DNA of 64,000 bases from Azolla caroliniana (Eukaryota > Plantae > Polypodiophyta): assembly GCA_043228905.1 (NCBI GenBank), contig JBHGNT010000010.1:20956001-21020000 (forward strand). The letters run 5' to 3'. Position 1 is the stretch's first letter. The number at the start of each line of letters is the position of its first letter. The position numbers and the translations under genes were made by a program. The notes under the pieces are model-generated. The model was given only the letters and a program-made list of their open reading frames with translations, ran no database searches and was not told where the DNA came from. Positions 37,287-50,267 of the stretch are shown piece after piece.

Positions 37287-40200
37287 TTAACATCTTTTGA
37301 ATATCATAGGAATATTTGTGCACTTTGAAATTTGGACGATTGAACAAAGACGCAGTGACGGCATATTTCTCTGGCACAAATAAGCCATGACCATGATGTA
37401 TACATTTAGACATAATTAGCTCTAACAAAGGAGGAAACTTGATGTATACATTCCAAAATGTATGGATAATAGAGGAAACTTGATGTATACGTTCCAAAAT
37501 ATATGGATAATAGAGGAAACTTGATATGTCATAGTTGAGATGAGCAAAGGACTAAATTATGACACTTTGCAAACAACTCTTGATTGAGAAAAACGAGAAA
37601 AGAAGTACAAAATTCTAAAAACTCACCCATTCCTTAGCAACAGTTGAGTCAGAAACAGAATAGAGCTTAGATATTTCAGCTTCAAATGTTATGTTAATGG
37701 ATATTCCGAATTCCAAAGAGAAAGACCTAAATAACAGAAGGGATGTAGAAGTTACCAAATGAATCAGTACGTCAAATTTTTTTCGAGCCTGGAGGAATTC
37801 TTCTTACCTTGTCGATAGTGTGGGACAGGTTAGAAGTCGAGGAAGAGTTAAATAAATTGGAAGAGATAGCCGACGGCAAACATCTCCATCTGCTATCTGT
37901 TCAGTTGAACCAAGACGATATTGATAAAAAAATACATATACATGGTAAATTCATTACACACATACTCATTGTAAATTGGCAACAAAGGTATAGTATATGC
38001 GTAAAATATGATCACATAAACATGTTTACTAATAAAGAAAATTGTGCATATAAGGGATGAGGATTTTCCCAAGAAACTTAAGAGAAGATATAAATGTATA
38101 TATACTGTCATACATGTGCATTGCCATTGCATATTCACGTCAAATAAGGATCCAGAATAAAAAGCAGTTACAAAGATCTATTTTCTCTGTAGCATTAAGA
38201 CGCTGAAAGAGATTCATGACCACTGTAACGCTAAGATAGCTTCATTATCTAGATCAGAAGATAAATAAAAAACACCTAGAGACATGAAATGGAATGAGTC
38301 TGCCAGGTGAGAAACAAGGTATACACTGATCATGCGGATTAAATTGGTTCCTTCTGTCCAAGGAAGTTCATCCATCTCCAATTAGCATAAAGTGATTTGA
38401 CACACAACAACCAGACAATTATACTGATTCACACATCTTTTTATGTTTGTATGCCTGATGTCAGACTCTAGAAATTTTTTTATCAACGATATTACTTGCG
38501 TAGATTGAATCTCTGTTGTCTCTGTGATCCTTCGATCATTCAAAATAATTGTCTCCGACCGCAGCAAATTCAAATCAATTGATCGAATTGGAACAGATGA
38601 AAATTCAACCGTAATCTCCCCTACAACCTGATCTGTTAGTATACATGATGTGACAACCCTCCCTGTGACTCGAAATCCACCTGAAACACATTACAATCCA
38701 CAATTGAGATAACTTTGATGTTCATATTTGAAGTGCACAAACATAATGAAAATGACAAATAGAAAATCAACTTTGGAAACCACTGTAAGCTTAAACGAAA
38801 TGCGATATCTATGCAACTTCATGAAGGCCAATGTCTCATATATTTCAGTAACAAATGGCTTCCAAATCTATGATAAGCCTTATTCCTCCCATCCTCATGA
38901 AAATAGAAATAAAATTGGAATTTATATTTATTTAATTTATATATTTGCATAAATTACATCCATGCAAGACAAGACTTCATAAGAACCAGTGTATAGCATT
39001 TTCTAGTAGTAAATATGGACGATTAAGAGCAGGTAAATAATATCAATTAATTCTCATGCTACAGTTTACTAATTGCAGTTTGAGAATGCTGGAATTTCCC
39101 AATTAGGTGATGTCCAAACAGAAAATTCTAAATGTGTATTTAGTCAGCATAAAAGTCTCCAGTGCTGAAGTCACCATACATATTCATTCAATTAGGTTAC
39201 TCTCCCTGAAGTATGCCGGATTCATTTATCACCATACAGCACCATATTAAGAGATGATTCAGCATGGTAAAGAATTATCTTCTGGGCGAAGAGGAAGTTT
39301 TATTTCTTTTCTCTGGTGTTCATGATTCTTTAAGATCCACCAAAAAATCATAAATTCAAACCACAATATATACCTGATCGAATTGAAGGCAAAAGAGAGT
39401 GCTTTTGTGTATCTTGTGTGATATAAAAGTACACAGAGTCATGTTGAATTGGAGAACGTGGAACAGGTCCTGTAATGACATATAGTATGTAAGTATATTT
39501 AGCAGCACAATAAGATCCAAAAACTTATGTATATACATCACAAAGTGTAAAGACAGAGAAACAAATTTGCCTTTTCTGTTTTCCAGAATAAATTCAAGTG
39601 TTGTAGATAAAGTCTTCTGCATATAGCTCCTGGAAATCTCTGCAGTCAATAGGTACTGGCAACGACAGCTCATAAGATTAAAGAAAACCGCAATAACCAA
39701 AATGTTAAAAACAAGTATTCCGCTCTGTGATAGTGATGCATCAATCTCTTAAAACCCTCCCGTATTTAACCATCAATCTCTTAAACAATCTCCCTTAATT
39801 AACCAACTATTGTAATAGTTTGAAACATGTTTTGTCTATATAGTAATTGTAAAATGTTGTTGGAGAATCAATCTTGAGATTCTAGAAAGAAAATCAAAGA
39901 AAAATAAAATTGTAGGCAGAGGAATTTAGACTTCTGTGCCAAAATATGAGAAGCATGAAGCTTCTTCTACTGATTTCTGTCCATGTAAATACATCTCCAT
40001 ATCTTTTACAGTGGACTTATTATACCAGTTATTAAGGGCAAGTCTAAGTGGAAAGAATGGTAAGGTGCTTGTTTCAGAGGTGAAAATACAGTGTAGCAGA
40101 AATGGAAACACACTTAGCTTACCTGAATGTTAATATTAGCACCATGATATGTATCATACAGGCAACCAAATGCACCATCTTTCGATCCATCCAAGGAAAT

Positions 40201-43200
40201 ACGAAATGGTATCTAAAACAGGCAAGGATATTACATAAGTGCCAGTCATGAATACAAATCACAAAATTATGTACAAGAAACAGGCAACTGTCAAACTCTT
40301 CACTGCAACAAAGAGAACAAGAACACTCATTCAAATATATAGAGCTATTCTTAGTAGCCAGAGTGGAAATGATGATGGATCATAGGAAGTGGGTGGCATG
40401 TTTTAAGTAAAGATAATATTGAAATTTGATTGGTGCTAGAAAACAAATAAGGTTTTCTTACATCTCTAATGCACAATGTTTTGGAACATTTTACATATTT
40501 CAGAACAGCTCAAACAGTAAAATTTATAGTATACATCCTTTTAAGTTTCCTTCAGTGCCTTCCATCATTAATATGAACTGTTATGTCAAACACCATTGCA
40601 TTGTAGGCTTCCCTGCAGACACTTAAAACACATTCCAGTTTGAAATTATAGTAAATGTTCACTATGGAAGTACATATTTCTAAAGATGCTTACCTCCTTG
40701 TTTCCTGGATCAATTTTGCCTGGGGAGGTTATCTGTATCATTTTATACCTGCATTTCACTTCAGTATGATATATAAGGAGCTTTGAACATTTTGGCAAAG
40801 AAACAAATAGATAAATAGAAGTCCATGCAGATTGGAAAAGATAAAGCCCTTTCAAATTTCAAAAGAGTGATTAAAACGAGAAGGCATCGATTCATAAGCC
40901 ACTATTTTAACTACAGTATATATTATCAAAACCTGAGAAGCCTTCACTGATGATTGGAGATTATTACTGGAGATAAGTGATATATACCAGTGTAAGACCA
41001 AACCAAGAGTTTGAATATATAGTGTTTGCTTTCATTGAGAAAATTTAGGAAATATGGCTGGTTTACCCTCAACCAATCTATTGACCCTAATACTTGAGAG
41101 GGCTGATAACCAGCCAGTCGGCTGTGGGCTGTGGGCTGTGGGCTTATAGTTTAATTGGTTGAAATGTAACACTCATAATAATAGTATTGTTGGTTCAGCA
41201 AAATTGACTTCTGCTAAAAGGGTTACGTAAGTGAATTTCGGTCGGGCCAGCATCAGTGTTTGCCGATATATAAATGCTCCAATGGAAAAGTACTAACACC
41301 ATGAAGCCAGATTAATGCCTTCGCCAGACAGCGGATAGTTTAAATGGATTCAATTAAAGGGAGTTGTTAACTGCCCTCCTTAGATCGACGACATGAGCGT
41401 CAGGTATGTATGCCAAATTACAAACACAAATTACTATGTGATGCCAATCTTTAGTATACCCAGGGGTTTGTGTGATGTCGTCCACCCAAACGCTACCTCT
41501 GTTACCCATTGGCGGGGAGTAGTGGAAAGACTCCACGAGTGGCGTTCTACCTTGACAGCCATCACTCAGACCTCATACTCATTACCTCTCTAAACATTAT
41601 TTGCGCTTGACTAGAACCTAACCTTGGCAGGAACCAGCTTAACAAGTGTATTCTGTGGTTCTTCACTTGGTAGGGATCTGTTATACCACTTAATCAAAAT
41701 GATAGCATGTGATTAACAACAAGGATAGGTGAAAATATGATACAATGTGTACGCATTTAGAGGAAACTGAATTATATTAGCAAAACTTGGCTGTTATTCT
41801 CACTTCTCATGCATACAATTGTGTGCCCTTCAGCAACTTTTATACATGTTTTGGTGGTTGCAATCTCAACTTTTACCTTTAATTACATATTCATTTATTG
41901 ACTAACCAACAGTTACCATCACTCTTAATCAGTATTATGGCTGCATATTTATTGTTACTATTTTATACATTTGCTTTATATATTATGGCCTTCTGGTCGT
42001 ATATACTCTTGTTAGACAGCCAACACTATGGCACGCCTGTAGGACGACAAATTCCGCAAATAAACCCAGTGAAGCAATTGAAGGCCCTGGGGTGACAGCT
42101 CAACAACAGTGGGATTGCTACATCTTCCACAACTTCCTTTGGAATGAACGGAGCGTTGGCAAGCTCAACACGTTGCTCCAACTGGGAGTGTCTGAGGCCA
42201 CCTCAGTCTTAGTCGTGACGAGTCTTCATCCCTACAGTTGGTGCTTCTTTTGCCCCGAGCTCCACTTTGAGCTCCTCCTAGAGGTGGTTGGTTTGGCGCA
42301 ACTGGGCATTTGTTGCAGATGGGGATGCATGTACTGCCAATTGGGGCATGTGCTCGGGGGAAGTCAGGTCCACATGCATTGATTGGCAATCATCTGTTTT
42401 GCATCAGTGGGGGGGGGGGGGGGGGGGTGGAGTAGTATACGCTACATGTGGTCCCACCTACCATTATTTTGGCCAGCTATGAGGTGTCCAGGAGCAACTG
42501 CAGAGGTATGGCAATTGCTCTTGAGTTTCAGGCCAAAAGTAGGGTCAGGCGGAGGTGGAGAGCAGAGAGTGGGATAGCAGAGACTGTCCCCAGATCAGGG
42601 TGTTGGTGCAATGAGTATGTGTTTTCTGGTTCTTTGGTGTGACAGTATCCCTATAGCTGGCAGGGAGGATGTGGTGGTGATGGTGCAAAGACCAGGGAGG
42701 TTAGGAAGAGAGCTTAGTTGAGCTTTGCCCTCCAACCGTGCCCTCTGCCACACAGGAATTCCATAACTCGATCCTTGTCAGTTTCATATGATAAAACAAT
42801 TGTAGGTGTCCTTGACGGCATTCTGGCATGAATGGACTGCAAATGCAGCCAAGCTTCACCTACTCCAGGATTATTGAGAAGCCCAACTCCAACAAGGAAC
42901 AGATGCCTACTTTTTGGACGTTGCAGCAATAGTTGAGATGTGGGAGGACATAACCAAGGGAAACCATAAAATGGTGGACGTGACCAATGAGGTTCACCAT
43001 CTTCTGTCTAGGTGAGATCACCCACAACCCTGCCTGACCACCAATTCAGAACAGCTCATGACAGTTTCCCATCATACAGCTCCTAGCATCCATCAGGTGA
43101 GGGTTCCAGAATACAAACTGCCCTGCCGAGTTTCCCATCATACGGCTCGTGGCTGGCAGAAAGAACACATATGTCGTGCTACTTGTTGTCACCTGCAGTA

Positions 43201-45294
43201 CCTCTAGAAGAGGCCATAGTAGCACCGCAACTACCAAACTCATCAACTCTCCATAAATGTTGGACAAAATTGTAAATGATGAAATCATCCGAAACCATCA
43301 ATGAGCTCTTGCCCCCTGCTTATCCTGGGGCACTTCATTGCTTCACCAGATTTTTGCACAGAATCTGTTGTCCCACAGGCATGCCACAGTGTTGGTCATC
43401 CAACAGGTGTAATCATGGCCAACAAGCAATAGTCTATTATACATCAAATAGAAACAGTAAATACTCTTTTGCTTGAATGGTTTTGTCAAGGGAATTCGTT
43501 GTCTCACAGGCATGCCATAATATAAACACAGCCAGAAGGCTATATTATATAAAGTACTGTATGAGTAGGAATAGTAAATATGCTTTAGGTAGGTATAACC
43601 ATTGGTTGATCACCCAATAAAATATGTAATTAAAGCTAAACAATGAGATAGCAACCTGCCATAACATGTGTAAAAATTGCAAGAAGGGAACACAAATGTG
43701 TGTATTAGAAGTGAGAATAACAATTGAGCTTTGCTAATATAAATTGACTTTTACTTTAACTGTGTATACTGCATATTATATTTCTGCATGTCCTTATTAT
43801 TAATTGCATGTTTATCATTCTAATTAAGAGGTATAATTGAGCTCTCCCATTTAATAAACAACAAGCTATGATCATTAAGTTGGTTTCTAGTTTGCAATCG
43901 GGTTTCGGTCAAGTACAGCTAGTGCTCGTACATATTACAATTTGTGTCTTGTTGCAATTTGTGTTTGTAGGGCTCGGAGATCAAAGAGCTCTTATTACAA
44001 TACGCTGGCATGCATAGCTGAAACTCATGACTTCAACTGGAAGAGGGCTGGTAAAAAGAGTGAAAACCAATGCAAACAGCTCCATTCTGACCTCTTTCAC
44101 TTAAATAACATAAAGTATGCTTTTCATCATTTCAAAATGCACTATATGTAAATCCTATCTAAATCTTGTATGAGCTCACAAGTAAATCTGTATATATTTG
44201 TATTTATTTATATGGTTGATATATATGAACATAAAAAGTTAAGAAAAAATGAAAATCAAAGAGCTAATGAATAATCATGAATGATTGCAAAATAGACACA
44301 TGCAATCACAAAGGTCATACTTCTTTCTAAATTTTGCATGCCTGAAAATAGATAACATCATCATAACGCCACTGATATCTCAGTTTCGGGGTGATTGCTA
44401 CATTATTGCAACGGATGTGCTTTAAAACTTCTATGGAACAAATGTTTCTCATGCTATAATTATCAGATGTTTGAATCTTTGTATGCAGTACAGGATTGAC
44501 CTCATTAGCAAATAGTAATGATTTCTCAAGCATGAAGAGGAAAATAGGAAGTGGGGAGAGATGCTTACAGCAATTGGATCGGCTTTACGGATGTATACAA
44601 TGATTCCAGAACTCCAATAGATTGAACGCTAGGCTGTTCAAAAAGCCACAAGAAAACAAAATAAATAAATATAGAAGAAATGGTGCCCTCTAGATATCAG
44701 GAATAGCAGAGTTCATAACCAAGATTCCTTGGAGAGAACAAAATACCCAAAAAATGGTAAAAAATGGCCTTTCAAATCATGAAAACAAAAATTCTTGCAG
44801 AGGGAATGAAGTAAAATAAAATGATCAAAGCTTCAGTGAAAGAGTACAGAAACGGCCATTTCAGATCTTCATGAAATGTTGAGACCATAAGGAAATTACT
44901 TGTGGAGTAAAACAAGTAAAGCAAACGCCGAGAAATGGTGCCAAACTGGAATTTTGAGCATCTTGAAAATTGAGATCATAAATTGTTTGTAGAATAATGA
45001 AGAAAGAAAAAAACCTGCAGAGAAATGGTACCGACGGCAGTGATTTTGATACCTTGATGAGAGATACTTGAGAAATTCTTCAATATTAAGAAACCATCGA
45101 TGACGTCCTGTGAAGAAAATAACAGGAGAATAAAAAAGAGATGCGTCTAATAGGTTACAAAAACTCAGATAAAACCTTCGACCTTTACAAAGATGAAAAT
45201 GACATGTATAAATATAGATATGTATACCCACAGGTGGTCTATATATTCGATCCGCTCTGCTGAATTTGAGCTCCATCTCCATCGCCATCGCCAT
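37287..45294 (-). CDS. VPS26C: VPS26C/DSCR3 (retriever complex subunit); at least 11 exons
   Basis: Exons 45294-45232, 45107-45015, 44633-44569, 40748-40694, 40212-40123, 39655-39571, 39469-39374, 38680-38496, 37896-37808, 37726-37627, and tentatively 37370-37287. Motifs: LKFSRADRIYRPP, SHQGI, YDTYHGANINIQ, FYITQDTQKHSLLP, GGFRVTG, IQSTQ|IADGDVCR, LPRLLTCP. The last exon is uncertain. Confidence 0.9.
41600..43925. mobile_element. Two diverged LTR-like sequences in head-to-head (inverted) orientation in VPS26C intron 3
   Basis: 41600-42075 is the approximate reverse complement of 43325-43925. The minus-strand copy begins TGTCACAC at 42644. Both arms carry degenerate tRNA-Met PBS-like TAAG(T/A)GGTAT motifs facing outward (~41680-41692 and ~43825-43842). 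Confidence 0.6.
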
Positions 45295-46510
45295 CGCCAA
45301 AAGCCTCCTAAAATATTTGTTCACGAATCACAACAAACAACGAATGTGTTCATTTTGAGTGGCAAGAGAAAGCACCTTCAAACGTAGGTCTAATATTTCT
45401 TTAAACTACAAATATGTCACAATATCTAGATTAGTCGATGGTTATAGAATAGATAGATTTAACCACGAGGATTCTCTCTAGCTAATTTGATACTTTCAAG
45501 TGGTTGGAGGTTTATAGACTATTAAGCAAGATCAAAGAGCGATTAGATATTAATCCAAATCACTAATCGCATATCAATATAATCTCTAGATAGAGCTCAT
45601 AGGCTATGCTCTTCTGTATATAATGCCAAAATGATTAAGATACATGAGTTTATGACCCACCATATGATGGGATGCATATATACTATTCACATCATGACTT
45701 GTTAACTAAAGCTTAAGGCTGAGATAGGTATAACATCACTCGTTACATGGATGAGCTCATAACAATGGTCACTAATTAACTTTAGCTATGTGCGCTCGAA
45801 CACATGAATCATGCCTTATAATTAACTATATAGGGTATACATTGTAATTCTTTCTTATTCCTGAGGTGTTTGGGCATGAGGGGAGTCATGTAGTGTGTGA
45901 TGCAAAGAACTTGCAAGCTTCAATCTATGTTTTTTTGTTGGCATAGGGCTCGATCTAAATATTCCTTTCAAGTTGTCTGATTCATTCCATAAGTTGGGGG
46001 ATATCCAAACACCAAGAGATGAGTTGTTTGAGTTTGAAATTCTTGGAAATTTATGGCATTGTGAGAATTGTGCGGACCAATCATTTTTAGCAAGGGAATT
46101 TCTAGAAATATAAATTGTAATATGCATTGACCTATCAAGTAGTTGTTTTATGTTTTTCATGCTTTAATATGAAAAGTCATTGATATTGTCATATATGCGA
46201 GATCAAGTTTCCCCTTCTTTTTTAACCACTATTACGCATGAAGTGATAAAAACTTGGTGCAGACAAGGAATGAACGAGCAATATGTTGTATCAATTTTGA
46301 GTACTTGCCATGCATTCCCATGGCAAGCACATTGACATTGGTGTGTCATATAAGAAAAAAAACAAGAAGTATCTATGTGTGCAATAGAGGAAAAGTTAGA
46401 ATGTAAGGCCTTGTGGCCACCATCATGTGAAAACGGCTAAAACAATTTAAAGACAATGACTATTTTTGTGTCATTTTTTGGTCTTCTTCTTCGTTCTCAA
46501 TCTTTAGACT

Positions 46511-46513
<3 letters not shown>

Positions 46514-46564
<51 letters not shown>
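46514..46564. repeat. (CT)n microsatellite
   Basis: About 25 CT units read directly. Confidence 0.95.
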
Positions 46565-46569
<5 letters not shown>

Positions 46570-47766
46570 AAACACAATTATATTAATAAATATATGTGAA
46601 AACACTAGAATGGTATCACAACTGAGTGGTGTCACCACAACACATCCACCGGAAAAGAACTTTGACTTGCTCCAATAAACAAATTTGTCACAGTAGTACT
46701 CCTACGATCATAGACATGCATGAACTCCGTGCATACTATGAAATACAAAAATGTTGTGCATATTTCAAGTCGACTTGTGTGAATTGTGCAAACACTCCAA
46801 TTCTTGGTGTCATATAGTAATGTGATCAAATTTGTCGAATCTGACAAGCACTCAATCATTGAATGAAATGACTAGTATTATCTTCCACTTGAATAATGTA
46901 AAAGAAGCAACTGATTATTGCTATAATTGGCCCAAAAGGCAAACTCCCAATCAAATATACTCTCCAAATGAAGACTTTTGCTAGAAGTTGCAATTTATAA
47001 TGCCAACTATGTTTTGAGATTTTCCATCATCCATAATCAAAGTTATGTCATTGAATAAATTCAATGTAGCTGTCCTCATTACTTCATATAGGTAAGAACC
47101 TTGCATCAATATTATATTCTCTTTCTAATTAGCTTACCTTAGTGGTAACTTGTTACTCTTCTAATACTACGTCTTGAGTTCGGAACCCAAATTTCTCACC
47201 TCTCTATTACTCCAAAGATATCTCTTAATTTACTAGATGCCACCATGGCATGTAAGGGTTGAACTCATCACCTTTTTTGGATTTCACAATTCCTGTTATT
47301 AGTGAATTATAAAGTATAGTTGTATATAATATGGAATAATAAAAGTTAACATGATATATTATAAGACCATTATATATACCTTTTATTGTGGAGATTGCAC
47401 ATTTTAACACACTTCTTTACGGAGAATGTGTCTGTGTTGCTTGTCCATCGACGATGACCATGTAACACCTTTTTGGATTTTACAATTCTTGTTATTAGTG
47501 AAAACAGAAGTCAAGAATATGCATGCTCATGGATTATCAAAACAAGCTTGAAACAATATGGATGGGTGTTTGACATTATGAAATTATTTAAAAATCAGGG
47601 AATGAAATGTCTTTTGGATCTTTAAGGTGAGATGAAGTACATCATCACCAAGGATAGATTACTAGTTGAGGCAAGCTCTTAGGTGATGTTATGAAGTATA
47701 AGATCACCAAGAATAGATTAGTAGTCGAGGCACTAAGGATGTGGCAATACACTAAACCGCCCCCAT

Positions 47767-50262
47767 TGTCACATTCTAGACTCGAACCTTTGACTTTTAT
47801 CACACATAGTACATTGTGTTGTGTTAACCATATGAAAACTCTTGTGAATTGTCCACATTTGATTGTGAACTTGTATATATTGTAGAGTCTAGTGTATAGT
47901 ACATTCGAGAATATTCTAGTCGTTAGTATATTCTAGAATTATTCTGTGGTATATTCTAAACGGGTATATTCTCGAGATATTTCTCGACTATATTCTAAAG
48001 ATATTCAATCTCAGAAATTGTATAAATACTTGTAACATCCTTGGTCCATTTCAAGGGATTCAACACCAGTCATTGACACATCAATCTAGTATTCTCCTTT
48101 TGCCTCATCTTTGTCTCCTTGATCATTATTTCTATCTTCATGCCCTCATGTCGATCATAACATCTAGAGTTCCTAGCCTCGTCACATCTAGCACCAAGTT
48201 CATCCGTCGCTCGTAGCCCCATCATCTGTGCTCCGTCCTAGTCTGCGCTTTGTGTGTTCGTGACAGTTTGAATCCCTTCCAATTGGGAGCACCACCCGTC
48301 TTCGTCATCGCCTTTGCTTCTAAAGTTACCATCATCACCGTCCTTGCTTCTGGAGTTACCATCATCAACATCCTTGTCTTCAACATCATCATTTTCGGAA
48401 CCTCTTCGCCCAACCATTGTCATCATCATTTTTAGGTATCATTTTGCATCACGATTTTGGTGAGGAGTGCTTTCGATTGCTCACCTTCCCAGTTCCGGTG
48501 GGGGTCACAACCGCTCACGTTCCTGGTGAGGATTGGATCACTGCTCGCTTGCACTGCATTTTCGTTATAGTTCAAGTCTCGCACCACTTTCTGTTGGTGA
48601 GGACCAATTTCGATCGCTCACCTTCTAGTTTCAGTGGCGGTCACAACTGCTCACTTTCCTGGTGGGGATCCCGTTGGTTTCTCGTTGGCGCTACCATTTG
48701 TGACATGTGTTGGGTCAACCTCGACTATTTACCCTCTCATAATAGAAGAAGTCGAGTCGACTGCTTCATTGGCACTCCTTCACCTGTTGTTGTTCTAGTT
48801 CTCAGTGAGGGCCACATGGTCGCTCATGTCCATTTGTGTTCTAGTTCTCTGTGAAGGCCGCATGGTCGCTCACGCCCGTTCGTGTTTTTGATGAGGACCG
48901 CACATGGTTGCTCACGTTCCAATTCTTGATGAGGGCCACACATGGTCGCTCACATCCGTTCGTGTTCGAGTTCTTCGTGAGGGCCACATGGTCGCTCACG
49001 TCCATTCGTGTTCAAGTTCTTCGTGAGGGCCACATGGTTGCTCACGCTCATTCGTGTTCATTTCTCGGTGAGGGCCGTATGGTCGCTCACATCCGTTCGT
49101 GTTCGAGTTCTCAATGAGGGACGCATGGTCGCTCACGCCCGTTGGTGTTCATGTTCCAATTCTTGGCGAGGACCGACATGGTCTCTCATGCCCGTTGGTG
49201 TTCGTGTTCCAGTCTCCTGTGAGGACCGCACATGGTTGCTCACTCCAACTATTGTTTGTGTTCCACATTCTGGTGAGGACAGACATGGTCGCTCATGCAT
49301 GTTGTTGTTCATGTTCCAGTTCCCGATGAGGACCACACATGGTTGCTCATGCTTGTTGGTGGTTGTGTTCCCAACCCTCGACGAGGACTGACATGGTCTC
49401 TCATGCTCGTTCGTGTTCTTGTTCCCCATGAGGACCACACATGGTCACTCACGCCCGTTGGTATTCGTGTTCCAGTTCCGGACGAGGACCACGCATGGTC
49501 GCTCATGCCCGTTGGTGTTCGTGCTCCCCGTGAGGACCACACATGGTCACGCATGCCCATTGGTATTCGTGTTCCAGTTCTGGGCGAGGATTGCACATGG
49601 TCGCTCATGCTTGTTGGTGTTCAATACCTCGTCTTTTGGAAGGGTTCTAGAAGGGTTACTCCTTGTCTAGGATTTAAAAAATACTTTGGAGGTGGTCTAA
49701 GATTTTCATCAACAGTATCCCCTTAAGCCAAGGACCGGTTTGGGAAGGCAGAGTAAGAGGGGGGATAATGTCACATTCTAGACTCGAACCTCTGACTTTT
49801 AACACACACGTACATTGTGTTGTGTTAACCACATGGAAACTCTTGTGAACTGTCCACATTCGATTGTGAACTTGTATATATTGTAGAGTCTAGTGTATAG
49901 TACATTCGAGAATATTCTAGTCGTTAGTATATTCTAGAATTATTTTGTGGTATATTCTAAACGGGTATATTCTCGAGATATTTCTCGACTATATTCTAGA
50001 GATATTCAATCTCGAAAATTGTATACTTGTAACATCCTTGGTCCATTTCAAGGGATTCAACACAAGTCATTGACACATCAATCTAGTATTCTCCTTTTGC
50101 CTCATCTTTGTCTCCTTGATCGTTATTTCTATCTTCATGCCTTCATGTCGCTCACAACATCTAGAGTTCCTAGCCTCGTCACATCTAGCTCCAAGTTCAT
50201 TCGTCGCTCGTAGCCCCATCATTTGTGCTCCGTCCTAGTTCGCGCTTGGTGTGTTCGTGACA
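47767..50262 (+). mobile_element. Structurally complete non-autonomous LTR retrotransposon (TRIM/LARD-like, chromovirus-derived)
   Basis: 5' LTR 47767-48265 and 3' LTR 49769-50262 (TGTCAC...GTGACA, ~95% identical by eye); TSD CCCAT at 47762-47766 and 50263-50267; PPT aagaggggggataa at 49755-49768. No gag/pol ORF, but a chromodomain remnant QYLVFWKG (49622-49645) and DFHQQYPLKP lie just before the PPT. Confidence 0.95.
48800..49622. repeat. Tandem array of ~17 units (38-54 bp) inside the LTR element
   Basis: Consensus approximately gtgagg(g/a)ccacatggtcgctcacgcccgttcgtgttc...gttc; the catgg core recurs about 17 times. Confidence 0.92.
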
Positions 50263-50267
50263 CCCAT

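Noticed and set aside
48266-48280. gtttgaatccc read as a tRNA T-loop / B-box or a tRNA PBS
   Set aside because: No A-box or cloverleaf nearby and no TGG start; better explained by exact complementarity to the element's own R region.
48800-49622. Regular repeat array resembling a CRISPR array
   Set aside because: Units are contiguous degenerate repeats without unique spacers, there are no cas genes, and the array lies inside an LTR element in eukaryotic DNA.
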